In this document: positions 30,283 to 42,698 of the stretch, piece after piece | How positions within the stretch are numbered: position 1 is the stretch's first letter | How the letters are laid out: each line of letters opens with the position of its first letter | Assembly: GCA_963849205.1 (NCBI GenBank) | Contig: CAWKGP010000005.1 | Span: 252,406-316,405, forward strand | Direction of reading: 5' to 3' | From: an uncultured Acidobacteriota bacterium | GTDB lineage: Bacteria; Acidobacteriota; Blastocatellia; Pyrinomonadales; Pyrinomonadaceae | Length of the DNA: 64,000 bases | Translations under genes and position numbers: made by a program | Notes under the pieces: model-generated | The model's input: only the letters and a program-made list of their open reading frames with translations | Told to the model about the DNA's origin: nothing | The model's database searches: none

Positions 30283-31491
30283 ATGTTTCAGAGTCGGATT
30301 CTTTTACTTGGAGTGTCGCTGTTACTGGCGGCGCTTTTTTTGACTTCGTGTAAGAGTGATTACCAGGCGTCGCAACGACAAGGCCGTCCCGACGCGAAAA
30401 CTCCTCGGAAAGTCAAAACTACTGCTGTTGCAGAAACCCCTTTCGGCGAAACAGTAACCGCCAACGGCACACTCGCCGCATACGATCAAACAACAGTTAG
30501 CGTTAAGGTTCCCGGACGCGTGCGTACGATCTCCGTCGATCTCGGTAGCGTCGTTTCGCGTGGACAAACGATCGCTGTGGTTGACTCTGAAGATTATCGT
30601 TTGCGAGTGCAGCAAGCAGAAGCTTCACTGGCCCAGGCACGCGCACGTTTAGGCCTCGCGCCGGACGGAACCGATGATCGTGTCGATCCTGAAAAGACTG
30701 CGACTGTGCGACAGGCTCGCGCTGTTCTCGATGAAGCCCGTTACGCCCGCGACCGCGCGGCGCGGCTGGTTGAACAGGGAGTAATTGCGAAAGCGGAGTT
30801 CGATACTGCGACCGCAACTTTCAAAGTTGCCGAAGGACGGTATCAGGACGCATACGAAGAGATTCGCAACCGGCAGGGCATATTGGCGCAGCGACGATCT
30901 GAGGTGTCGCTTGCCCGCCAGCAATTGAAAGACACAGCAGTCGTAGCGCCGCTCGATGGGATTGTTCAGGAAAAGAAGGTAAGTGTCGGTGAATACCTCG
31001 CGGCTGGAGCGCCCGTTGTGGATATCGTCAAAATGGATCCGCTGCGATTACAAGCACAGATACCGGAGCGCGAATCGCACACCGTTCGCACTGGTCAGGA
31101 TGTCCGTGTGACCGTTGAGGGTGATCAGACAGTCTATCTCGGCAAGATAATGCGACTCAGTCCCGTGATCGCGGAACAGAACCGCGTACTGATGGTTGAA
31201 GCTGACGTGCGAAATAATGGAAAGCTTCGTCCCGGTTCATTTGCACATGCGGAAATCGTCACGAACGACGCGAAGATGGCAGTGACTGTTCCAAACAATG
31301 CGATCGTGACTTTTGCCGGCATCGAAAAAGTGATTGTGGTTCAGAATGGAAAAGCGTTGGAGAAGCCGATCACTACTGGGCGTCGCAATGCTGAATTCAC
31401 AGAGATTGTGTCCGGAATTAGTGTCGGTGAGAAAGTCGTGGTCGATCCGGGCAACCTGCAATCCGGACAGCCTGTCGAAGTAGAAGAATAG
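30283..31491 (+). CDS. RND efflux periplasmic adaptor (membrane fusion protein, HlyD family), lipoprotein
   Basis: ATG 30283 gives MFQSRILLLGVSLLLAALFLTSC (lipobox). Coiled-coil hairpin and beta-barrel motifs follow (TIAVVDSEDYRLRVQQAEA, VVAPLDGIVQEKKVSVGEY). Confidence 0.9.
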   Translation: MFQSRILLLGVSLLLAALFLTSCKSDYQASQRQGRPDAKTPRKVKTTAVAETPFGETVTANGTLAAYDQTTVSVKVPGRVRTISVDLGSVVSRGQTIAVVDSEDYRLRVQQAEASLAQARARLGLAPDGTDDRVDPEKTATVRQARAVLDEARYARDRAARLVEQGVIAKAEFDTATATFKVAEGRYQDAYEEIRNRQGILAQRRSEVSLARQQLKDTAVVAPLDGIVQEKKVSVGEYLAAGAPVVDIVKMDPLRLQAQIPERESHTVRTGQDVRVTVEGDQTVYLGKIMRLSPVIAEQNRVLMVEADVRNNGKLRPGSFAHAEIVTNDAKMAVTVPNNAIVTFAGIEKVIVVQNGKALEKPITTGRRNAEFTEIVSGISVGEKVVVDPGNLQSGQPVEVEE

Positions 31492-31515
31492 CGCCACAAG
31501 GCACAGAAGACACAA

Positions 31516-34770
<3,255 letters not shown>

Positions 34771-34778
34771 AATATTTT

Positions 34779-34839
34779 TAACCGCGGATTTTCGCGGATG
34801 AACGCAGATGTGCGTTTATCCGCGTAAATCCGCGGCTTA
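34779..34839. repeat. Hairpin repeat, family E (CGCGGAT / CGCAGAT units)
   Basis: taaccgcggattttcgcggatgaacgcaga tg tgcgtttatccgcgtaaatccgcggctta. It lies between convergent genes and overlaps the aldolase stop codon. Confidence 0.85.
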
Positions 34840-35613
34840 TTCCTTGTAGTTCGCGCCCATTCGATCGAGCTTTCTCAACAGCCCCGGCCAAACCAATCGC
34901 CCACCACCACCCTGCGTGACCACCGCTTCCTGCGCTTTAATCTGCCCGAAGATCTTCGGATCAATCGGTACCAGTTTCACGCCGCCTGACTGCGCCATTA
35001 TCTGAATACGGCACGCGCGCTGTAGCAGAAACATCGAGAGGAACGCGTCTGCGACCGTTCTCCCAACAGTCAACAATCCATGGTTTCTTAAAATCAAGAA
35101 AGTCTTCTTGCCAAGGTCTGCGACCAGGCGCGGTTTTTCTTCATCGTTCAACGCGAGACCTTCGTAGTCGTGATAACCAAGCGACGCCAAAACAAAGAGC
35201 GACTGTTGCGAAATCGGCAGCAAACCATCCTGTTGTGCTGACACAGCGATACCGTGCTCCGTGTGCAGGTGCATAACACAAAGCGCATCCTCGCGCGCCG
35301 CATGCACCGCGCTGTGAATCGTGAACCCGGCCGGATTGATGCTGTACTCGGAATCCATCACGATCTTCCCGTCGAGATCAACTTTCACCAGACTCGACGC
35401 AGTGATCTCTTCAAACATCATCCCGTAAGGATTGATCAGAAAGTGATGTTCCGGACCAGGCACGCGCGCGGAGATGTGCGTGAAGACGAGATCGTCCCAG
35501 CCGTAGTCCGCAACCAGACGATATGCAGCGGCAAGATCAACGCGGACTTGCCACTCTTCCGGAGAAACCAGCTCACGAACATTCGCTCGCTTTACTTGTT
35601 CAGGGGCGCTCAT
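34837..35613 (-). CDS. Class II aldolase/adducin family protein
   Basis: ATG 35613 follows the TAA of the upstream gene by 2 nt and has AAAGGA upstream. The 258-aa product has WQVRVDLAAAYRLVADYGWDDLVFTHISARVP and CVMHLHTEHGIAVSAQ (metal-binding His pattern). Confidence 0.85.
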   Translation of the reverse strand: MSAPEQVKRANVRELVSPEEWQVRVDLAAAYRLVADYGWDDLVFTHISARVPGPEHHFLINPYGMMFEEITASSLVKVDLDGKIVMDSEYSINPAGFTIHSAVHAAREDALCVMHLHTEHGIAVSAQQDGLLPISQQSLFVLASLGYHDYEGLALNDEEKPRLVADLGKKTFLILRNHGLLTVGRTVADAFLSMFLLQRACRIQIMAQSGGVKLVPIDPKIFGQIKAQEAVVTQGGGGRLVWPGLLRKLDRMGANYKE

Positions 35614-35615
35614 AT

Positions 35616-37077
35616 TTATCCTTTCATCTCCTGCTGAAGGTCTGCCGGTTCCGGCATGCTCAGAACCTCTTCCCATCCAGACACATCGACGCGCATGCGT
35701 TGGACCAGATCGTCTCGAAGTGTCCGCAGCGACGCACTCAGTTGCCGTGGATAATTCTCGATGTCGGCGAAGCGCTGGCGTTGTTCTTCCACAAAAACCT
35801 TTTGCTTCTCGATCGACGGGATCGACGAGTGTTGTCCGTTTTCCCAGAAGGGAACCAGCAGTCGATCGACTTGAACAGCGCCCGGAATCTCGACTTTCAT
35901 CAATGTCGAGCCCGATGACGTCGCCGACGTACATTCCACGTTCGTCCGTGCCGCGAAACAACTGCAGCATTCCCGGCAGCGTAATCTTATCTTCTGAGTT
36001 CGATGCTTTGAGTGTCGGCAGCCCCCTCATAACGCATTGTTTGAAGATCACTCCGGCAACTGCCGGAATCTCGCTCGACAATTTCGTTCCGATGCCAAAG
36101 CCGGCGACTTCAGGAAATTCGGCCACGATCTTTTTGACTTTCTCAACCGTGAGATCGCCGGTGAGATTCGCTCGCAGGCCCGTCAATCCGTTGGCGGCAA
36201 AGAACCGCAAACACCACTCGCCGAGTTCAGCGAGATTTCCGGAGTCCACGCGGAACCCTTTGAACGCGCGACGCCTCGCTGCAGTTGAAGTCGCCGCCAT
36301 GGCCGCGTGAACCGCGCCCGTGTAAACGTCAATCGTGTCGAGCAGGAGCGTTGTGCCGTTCGGATTCGCGTCGAGCCAGCGCTCGAAAGCCACTTGTTCG
36401 AAGTGTTTTGGTTTGCCCGTGCGCGGCTCGATCTCCGGCTGGTCCATGTACTCGATGTAGGCCTGTTGCCAGTAGTGAGCTTCGGTGCCGACGGCGGGAA
36501 TGTCGAGCCGGTGTGCCGCTTCGAGATTCGAAGTGTCGTTGAAGCCACCAATGAATGCGTAAACAGCAATATCGACGGCACGCTCGATGTCGCCATTGCG
36601 ACGTAGAGAGAAATCGGACAGCCAGCGTTTCTCTCCGGCGGCCATGCGAAACTGCATTGCCGTACTCGCAGTCGTCATCGGCAGATCGAACGCGTGCTCA
36701 AACTTGATTTCCTGCGCCTGCGTCAGTCCGAATGCACCAGTGATGTCAGCAAATGGCTCGTGCGCAAAAACGATCGTTCCGGGGCGCACGGCTCTGATTT
36801 TGCCGACGAACTGAATGTCTTCAATTGCTTCCGCGAAGAGTTGCAGACCACCGCGATCCTGTTCGAGGAAACGAAGACGCGGACGGTCGATCTGGCTGTC
36901 GACAAGCAGGCGGACCAGTCGTTCATGGCCCAGACACGGGGCGAATGGGATCTTGCGTTGTGTTACGTAGAAGGTGGCTTCCGCATCGCTGAGTCGTTGA
37001 TCGTGCAGGCGTGTGCAATCCTTGAACGACGCATCGCCCATCGCGGCGTGGTAGCGATCGATATTCAGCGTTCCCAT
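35616..37077 (-). CDS. pncB: Nicotinate phosphoribosyltransferase-like protein, interrupted by a 1-nt frameshift near 35895 (N-terminal part in the frame of listed ORF 34837..37077, C-terminal part is ORF 35616..35939)
   Basis: N-terminal part has LSDFSLRRNGD, GGFNDTSNLEAA and IPAVGTEAHYW (NAPRT-type pattern). After GDVIGLDIDE the long ORF becomes low-complexity R/S-rich, while the +1 frame gives VEIPGAVQVDRLLVPFWENGQ...IEKQKVFVEEQRQRF up to TAA 35616. Confidence 0.7.
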
Positions 37078-37080
37078 TGT

Positions 37081-37680
37081 TTACGGTTTGTGTGACGCAG
37101 CTTTCGCAGACTTATCTGTGTAATCTGTGGTTACGATTTCGGCGCCGGCCTCGCGCATTTCTTCAATCGCGCGTTCGCCGTCGCCGGGTTGCACATCGAC
37201 TGCTCGCATTGCGTTCGTTAACGCTTTCACTCTGAATCCATTCTTGATCGCATCGAGCACGGTTGACTTGACGCAGTAGTCAGTGGCAAGTCCACCGACG
37301 ACGACCTCTTCGACGTTTTGTTGTCGAAGTTGGGCCAGGAGGTCCGTCTCGTCGAACGCAGAGTAACAGTCTGTGTCGCCCAGGCCTTTTGAAATCACGG
37401 TGATGCGCGGATCGTTGCGCAGGGCAGGATGAAACTCCGCGCCTTTTGTGTTTTGCACGCAGTGTACGGGCCAAACGCCGCCGTACGCTTTGAAATGTTT
37501 CGTTGTTGGCGGATGCCAGTCGCGACTCTTGTAGACAGGTTCGCCGCGCTCAAGAAACTCGTCGATGACGTGATTCAAAGGCTCGACAACTTCATCGCCG
37601 TGAGGCACCGCGAGTGTGCCGCCGGGACAGAAATCGTTCTGGACGTCAACAACGATCAGGGCTCGCTTTGGAGTGGTCAT
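37081..37680 (-). CDS. pncA: Nicotinamidase/pyrazinamidase (isochorismatase family)
   Basis: MTTPKRALIVVDVQNDFCPGGTLAV, WPVHCVQNT and VVVGGLATDYCV (catalytic Cys). Confidence 0.88.
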   Translation of the reverse strand: MTTPKRALIVVDVQNDFCPGGTLAVPHGDEVVEPLNHVIDEFLERGEPVYKSRDWHPPTTKHFKAYGGVWPVHCVQNTKGAEFHPALRNDPRITVISKGLGDTDCYSAFDETDLLAQLRQQNVEEVVVGGLATDYCVKSTVLDAIKNGFRVKALTNAMRAVDVQPGDGERAIEEMREAGAEIVTTDYTDKSAKAASHKP

Positions 37681-37713
37681 CGGTCTACAGGTCAATGTTA
37701 CACTGCTTGCATC

Positions 37714-39312
37714 ATGAATTCTATTGATCTCGCCAAACGCATCTGGCAGAAAGATGCGTCGTTGTGGAAGTCTGACGACGATAGCGTCAAAAACATCAAG
37801 AACTCGCTGGGTTGGTTAACTGTCGCTGACGAAATGATCGGCGTCGTTGACGATCTCGACGCCTTTGCCAAATCGGTTCGCGATCGCGGTTTTCAACACG
37901 TGATGGTTTGCGGCATGGGTGGTTCATCTCTCTGTCCGGAAGTGCTCGCAAGAACATTCGGTCGACAACCTGGATTCCCGGAGCTGCTCGTACTTGATTC
38001 GACCGATCCGGACGTTATCGCTGCGTTCATGGAACGGATTGACGTCGAGCGTTGTCTTTTCGTTATTGCTTCAAAATCCGGTAGCACGACTGAGCCGAAC
38101 GTTTTCTACAAATTCTGGTACGAAGAGGTCAGCAAACGTAGAGATAACCCGGGCGACAACTTCGTCGCGATTACCGATCCGGGTTCGCCATTGATTGGTA
38201 CCGCACAAGAACTCAAATTTTATCGCACGTTTCTTAACCAGGCTGACATCGGTGGACGCTATTCAGCACTCTCTTACTTCGGCATGGTCCCTGCAGCATT
38301 GATGGGGCTTGACGTTCGCGACCTTCTCGACGCCGCGCGTCTCGCCGCAAAGGCAGTTATTCCCGCCGTGGAATTAGGAACAGCGATTGGCGATTACGCG
38401 AATGAAGGACGCGACAAACTCACGCTCGTAATCGATCAAAAACTCGAGACACTCGGTTTGTGGATTGAACAACTGATCGCCGAGAGCACCGGAAAGGAAG
38501 GTAAGGGAATTCTTCCGGTGAATGGCGAGCCGCTCGGCACTCCGGACGTTTACGGTAACGACCGTGTTTTTGTTTCGATCTCGCTGGGTGCGGTTTCTGA
38601 AGACACACAGGCAAAACTCGACGCGCTTCGAGCCGCCGGGCATCCGGTCATCAATCGTAAACTTGATGACGTCTACGATCTCGGAGCGGAATTCTTTGCG
38701 TGGGAGTTTGCGACCGCATGTGCTGGCTGGCGCCTCGGGATCAATCCATTCGATCAACCAAATGTACAGGAAGCGAAAGACGCAACGAAGGAATTGCTGA
38801 GTTCATTTGTGCGGCGTGGTCACCTTGATGAGCGGAATAAGATTGCCGCGGATGATCTGATGACGATCTATGGTGCTGACGATGCAGCGGAAGCTGAGTC
38901 TGTTTCCGAAGTCCTGCGACGGCATCTTGCCGGTGTAAAGCCTGGTGATTACATCGCCTTCCTGAACTACATCGAAGAGACTGATGAAGTCGATCGAGAG
39001 TTTCAGAATCTTCGTGTGCAACTGCGCAATAAGACCAACTGCGCGGTAACGATCGGGTATGGTCCACGTTTTCTGCACTCGACCGGACAACTTCATAAAG
39101 GTGGTCCTGATACCGGTGTGTTCTTTCAGATCATCGCTAACGACCAGGTAGACTTCGCAATTCCAGGCGAGCCTTACACCTTCACGATTCTGAAACAAGC
39201 CCAAGCCCTCGGTGACTTCCGCGCGCTTGTGAAACGCGGCCGCCGCGTCATAGGTCTGGACCTCGGAAACAACACGCCAGGAGGGTTACAGCGGCTTCGG
39301 AACGTACTGTAG
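37714..39312 (+). CDS. pgi: Glucose-6-phosphate isomerase
   Basis: ATG 37714 (MNSIDLAKRIWQKDASLWK). Motifs VCGMGGSSLCPEV, FVIASKSGSTTEP and DIGGRYSALS. The listed ORF start at 37429 would overlap pncA. Confidence 0.88.
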   Translation: MNSIDLAKRIWQKDASLWKSDDDSVKNIKNSLGWLTVADEMIGVVDDLDAFAKSVRDRGFQHVMVCGMGGSSLCPEVLARTFGRQPGFPELLVLDSTDPDVIAAFMERIDVERCLFVIASKSGSTTEPNVFYKFWYEEVSKRRDNPGDNFVAITDPGSPLIGTAQELKFYRTFLNQADIGGRYSALSYFGMVPAALMGLDVRDLLDAARLAAKAVIPAVELGTAIGDYANEGRDKLTLVIDQKLETLGLWIEQLIAESTGKEGKGILPVNGEPLGTPDVYGNDRVFVSISLGAVSEDTQAKLDALRAAGHPVINRKLDDVYDLGAEFFAWEFATACAGWRLGINPFDQPNVQEAKDATKELLSSFVRRGHLDERNKIAADDLMTIYGADDAAEAESVSEVLRRHLAGVKPGDYIAFLNYIEETDEVDREFQNLRVQLRNKTNCAVTIGYGPRFLHSTGQLHKGGPDTGVFFQIIANDQVDFAIPGEPYTFTILKQAQALGDFRALVKRGRRVIGLDLGNNTPGGLQRLRNVL

Positions 39313-39388
39313 GGGCGGCCCTCCGTGGCCGCCCCTGCGCGGGAATTCAACACAGGACGGCCACGCAGGGCCGGCCCCTACAGTACGT
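39302..39388. repeat. GC-rich inverted repeat (REP-like) with nested local hairpin
   Basis: acgtactgtaggggcggccctccgtggccg ... cggccacgcagggccggcccctacagtacgt. The left arm contains the perfect stem ggggcggcc/ggccgcccc and overlaps the pgi stop codon. Confidence 0.85.
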
Positions 39389-39613
39389 CCCCTGACCTTA
39401 CATCATACTGACCGCGTTGAAGTCGTACGGTTTGTGCCCTTACCGCACAGATGTCGTACGGCGCTGGAAATCTCCTGTTAATAGTTGTTTGTTGATTTCA
39501 AAGGACATCCCCCACGAGACAATCGCTCTAAGTTCAGGCATACGAGTTGCCGATTTGGAAGTGCTTACTCGCTTCCATGGAACCTGCCAATATGGAGGAG
39601 GACCGTCGCCGTG

Positions 39614-40690
39614 ATGTTTATTGAGAAGTTTTTCAAAAATGAACTTGCTATCGATCTGGGCACCGTCAACACACTCATCTATCAACCTGGCAAAGGAATC
39701 CTCCTAAACGAACCTTCTGTCGTGGCGATCGATCGCTACGACGGTGAGGTTGTTTCTGTGGGTCACAAGGCACTCAAGCTTTTGGGCCGCGAGCCACGCG
39801 GGATCGAAGTGCACCGTCCAATTCATTCAGGCACCATCTTCAATTTTGAAGTTTCACGCAAGATGTTGCGGTCCTTCATCGCGAAAGTGACTGAGGGCCA
39901 CGGTGGATACCGGCGGGGCCATTTTGTCGTCGGCATTCCCGGCTCTGCGACTGCAGTCGAGCAACGTTCAGTTCGCGATGCCGCGCACGATGCAGGTGGT
40001 CGTCGTATCGATCTGGTTGACGAAGGACTCGCTGCGGGAATCGGTTCCGGCCTCGCTTTTGACGATGAGCGCGCACATCTCGTGGTCGATATCGGTGGCG
40101 GAACTACAAACATCGCCATTGTCGCTTCTGGTGGTGTTGTTAACTCAATGAGTTTGACGGCAGCCGGAAATGCGATGGACGAAAGCATTCGCGATTACGT
40201 TCGTTCCAACTACTGCATACAGATCGGCGAATACACCGCGGAAGCTTTGAAGCGCGAACTAGGCGCGCTTAACGACGAAGACATTCCATCGGACGAGCGC
40301 AAACTGCAAGTTGTTGGTAAGCAGCTGAGCGATGGCTATATGTGCGCAGTTCATATCACTGCGGAAGAAGTGCGCGGCGCTTTGGAGCCTGTGATCAATG
40401 AGGTCGTTGCCGGCATCCGGCGAGTGATTGAAGATGCGCAACCCGAAGCAGTCGCCGACATCTATTACTCGGGAATGATTCTTACGGGTGGCGGTTCATT
40501 GTTGAAAGGATTGAAGAACCGTCTACAAAGTGAATTGAAACTGAGTGCGACGATGCCCGAAGATCCGATCAGCACGGTGGCGATCGGCGCCGGTCTCCTG
40601 CTCAGCGAGCCCGAGCAGTTGTATCGCTGCGCGATCCGGCAGAACCTTCCTGTTTGGGAAGAATCGGAAGAGCTCGTCGTCAGTTATTAG
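39614..40690 (+). CDS. mreB: MreB/Mbl-family actin-like ATPase (divergent, no mreCD alongside)
   Basis: MFIEKFFKNELAIDLGTVNTLIY, LNEPSVVAI, HLVVDIGGGTTNIAIV and MILTGGGSLLKGL. Confidence 0.85.
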   Translation: MFIEKFFKNELAIDLGTVNTLIYQPGKGILLNEPSVVAIDRYDGEVVSVGHKALKLLGREPRGIEVHRPIHSGTIFNFEVSRKMLRSFIAKVTEGHGGYRRGHFVVGIPGSATAVEQRSVRDAAHDAGGRRIDLVDEGLAAGIGSGLAFDDERAHLVVDIGGGTTNIAIVASGGVVNSMSLTAAGNAMDESIRDYVRSNYCIQIGEYTAEALKRELGALNDEDIPSDERKLQVVGKQLSDGYMCAVHITAEEVRGALEPVINEVVAGIRRVIEDAQPEAVADIYYSGMILTGGGSLLKGLKNRLQSELKLSATMPEDPISTVAIGAGLLLSEPEQLYRCAIRQNLPVWEESEELVVSY

Positions 40691-40769
40691 ATTTTCCGGA
40701 TTGCTAATACAGGATTTCAAACGGATCGATCCGCGCAAATCCTGTATTAAATGATCCGTAGAATCTGTG

Positions 40770-40892
40770 TTAACAGTTAACGTAACCCAACGCCCAAAAC
40801 ACAACAATAAAGATCAAAATGGTGGAGATGCATCCTCCGCCAAACTTCCACGCCGCAGCGCCTGCGAGTATTCCTCTTAATGGAACTTCCAT
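40770..40892 (-). CDS. Unlisted 40-aa small membrane protein (hypothetical)
   Basis: GGAGGT lies 5 nt upstream of ATG 40892. Product: MEVPLRGILAGAAAWKFGGGCISTILIFIVVFWALGYVNC, stop TAA 40770-40772. It is below the ORF-track length cut-off. Confidence 0.45.
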   Translation of the reverse strand: MEVPLRGILAGAAAWKFGGGCISTILIFIVVFWALGYVNC

Positions 40893-40964
40893 TGATTACC
40901 TCCGCTTGATATCGAGACACTAAGATCAACCTCTCGTCCTTCGGCAAACTGAGTGCCAATGGGC

Positions 40965-41978
40965 CTATCCTCGGCCACCCTTCAGAAATCTGAGCAATGA
41001 TCGTTCGGCATCGTGCAATCCTCGACCACGATATGAAATCAGATCCTCGAGCTTGCCCGAACAGTTATCGATCACTAGCCCTTTCTCAAACGAATTGATT
41101 ATCTCCGGACAAACATACGAACTGCGGCAAACGGCGGGCGTATTTCCCAACACCTCGGCCGTCTCCTTGATTGCCGCGACGACTTTTTTCTTCCGTGCCG
41201 TCTTCTTGTCCAGAACTTCATCGCCGTTTCGTGCGAGGGCACACGCGCAAACAAGCGTGCCGGCCCACGTGCGAAAGTCTTTCGCACTGAAATTGGATCC
41301 CATCACTTCCTTTATGTACTCGTTAATATGGCGTCGTGTTATACGAGTCGGTTTGCCGTCACCATTTTGATACTTGAAGACATTGAAACCCGGCAGTTTC
41401 ATCGTGTCGCGAATCACGCGAGCCACTTGTCGATCTCGTAACTGGCGCTGCTGTCGAACGCCGGATTTTCCCGGAAAGTCAAACTCGATTACCTCGCCCT
41501 TCACGTTCACGTGTTTTCGCCGGAGCGTAGCGATCCCGTAGCTTCCATTCTCATTCGCATAAACCTCGCTGCCCGGTCTCATGTAACAAGTCGACAGAAT
41601 GCGCAGCACTGCAGCCAGCACTCGCTCACGAGTCAGCCCCGGCTGCTTTAAATGACGCGCTACTGTTTTCCGCATCTGCGGGATCGCCTGCGCAAATTTT
41701 GTGATTCGTTTGAATTTCCGCAGTTCCTGTGCGCGCGTGTGATTAGAGTGATAGAGATACTGCCAGCGTCCCGCTGCATCTTTACCGATAACCTGCACCC
41801 TCCCATTCGCCGCGGGATTGATCGCGACTTCAGTCCACGCCGGCGGAATCTTGAGATCCTGGATGCGATCCAGGTCGGCTTTTGTGAGCCGCCCGCTGAC
41901 GGGTTTATAACGAAATCCTCTTTTCGGATTTCCGAGTCGACGTATGCCGATGTTCTGCAGACGTTCGATATTTGTCAT
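40965..41978 (-). CDS. DNA topoisomerase IB (poxvirus-like bacterial type)
   Basis: RPGSEVYANENGSYGIATLRRKHV, FPGKSG, SAKDFRTWAGT, and the catalytic-Tyr region NTPAVCRSSYVCP. Confidence 0.88.
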   Translation of the reverse strand: MTNIERLQNIGIRRLGNPKRGFRYKPVSGRLTKADLDRIQDLKIPPAWTEVAINPAANGRVQVIGKDAAGRWQYLYHSNHTRAQELRKFKRITKFAQAIPQMRKTVARHLKQPGLTRERVLAAVLRILSTCYMRPGSEVYANENGSYGIATLRRKHVNVKGEVIEFDFPGKSGVRQQRQLRDRQVARVIRDTMKLPGFNVFKYQNGDGKPTRITRRHINEYIKEVMGSNFSAKDFRTWAGTLVCACALARNGDEVLDKKTARKKKVVAAIKETAEVLGNTPAVCRSSYVCPEIINSFEKGLVIDNCSGKLEDLISYRGRGLHDAERSLLRFLKGGRG

Positions 41979-42240
41979 CGCTGTTGGAAAGTATTCCTGG
42001 TTCGGAACGGAATTTGAATATGCATTAGGCGTCTAATTAAGGGTCGAATTAAGGTCAGTCAGGGAAGGTCGAATTGAATAAGCAGATCAATCCTCAAAAT
42101 CGTAGTGTTGAGAACATTAGGTACGACATCGTTTGTTCGTGGTGTGGCGCCTTGATCAGGTCGGCTACCTGGAATTGCCGGAACAGATGTGTTTGATTTG
42201 TCATGCTCGAATGCTCAATGATTATTTTCAACGATTGAGA

Positions 42241-42280
42241 AAAACGAGCGGCGAAAGGCGAACCACTCGCCGCTCGTTTT
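42241..42280. terminator. Bidirectional intrinsic terminator hairpin
   Basis: aaaacgagcggcga - 12-nt loop - tcgccgctcgtttt, with T-runs on both strands. It lies 28 nt downstream of the stop of the minus-strand gene 42308..42502. Confidence 0.6.
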
Positions 42281-42307
42281 GAAAAACAGGTCATATAGAA
42301 CCTGGTC

Positions 42308-42502
42308 TCACTTTTCCTGGTCGCCACGATCACCCTGCCCCGGTGGAACTTTCGTCTTCGCCTCTTGCTGTCGATCGCGTGCGAGCGAACGTCCAACGTC
42401 CGCAACGTCTTCAAACTGTCCCTTCTCATCTCGTCTGACAAAACGCTTGTCTGTCCCGGTATCAATTAATTCACGATGACTCTTTGTCGACTTCTTCGCC
42501 AT
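42308..42502 (-). CDS. Small highly charged hydrophilic protein (64 aa), hypothetical
   Basis: Listed ORF MAKKSTKSHRELIDTGTDKRFVRRDEKGQFEDVADVGRSLARDRQQEAK..., followed by a clean terminator and preceded by GGGAGG (revcomp of cctccc at 42510-42515). Confidence 0.55.
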   Translation of the reverse strand: MAKKSTKSHRELIDTGTDKRFVRRDEKGQFEDVADVGRSLARDRQQEAKTKVPPGQGDRGDQEK

Positions 42503-42698
42503 CTATCAACCTCCCGTTAAAGTGTAGGCTTCCTGTACAGCATAGCCCCGCAGTTGTTTAATTCCGGGGCACTTGAAACCTTAATTCCCAGCCAATTAAG
42601 TCACTGCGCAAGCACGATGCCAGCACAAAATCGACGCAGAATCGCGCCGATTTAAAGCAAACTCCGGCCTGGGATCGTGATTTGCACAATGACCCGGC

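Noticed and set aside
34837-37077. The 746-aa ORF as a genuine NAPRT-aldolase fusion protein
   Set aside because: The central segment is out-of-frame low-complexity sequence. The real NAPRT C-terminus and stop lie in another frame (35616..35939). The aldolase has its own RBS and ATG at 35613.
40777-40959. Listed 60-aa minus-strand ORF
   Set aside because: It has no RBS and a basic, low-complexity sequence. A different frame in the same region gives a 40-aa hydrophobic protein with a GGAGGT Shine-Dalgarno sequence (40770..40892), which I prefer.
42074-42196. Unlisted 40-aa plus-strand ORF with CxxC...CxxxC (LNKQINPQNRSVENIRYDIVCSWCGALIRSATWNCRNRCV)
   Set aside because: It has only a TTG start with a weak RBS, no conservation evidence is available to me, and its cysteine spacing is not a clear zinc-ribbon. 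This is too weak to call.
42094-42465. 123-aa minus-strand ORF overlapping the 64-aa gene
   Set aside because: It runs straight through the terminator hairpin at 42241-42280 and overlaps the better-supported ORF 42308..42502, which has an RBS. Its sequence has no family features.
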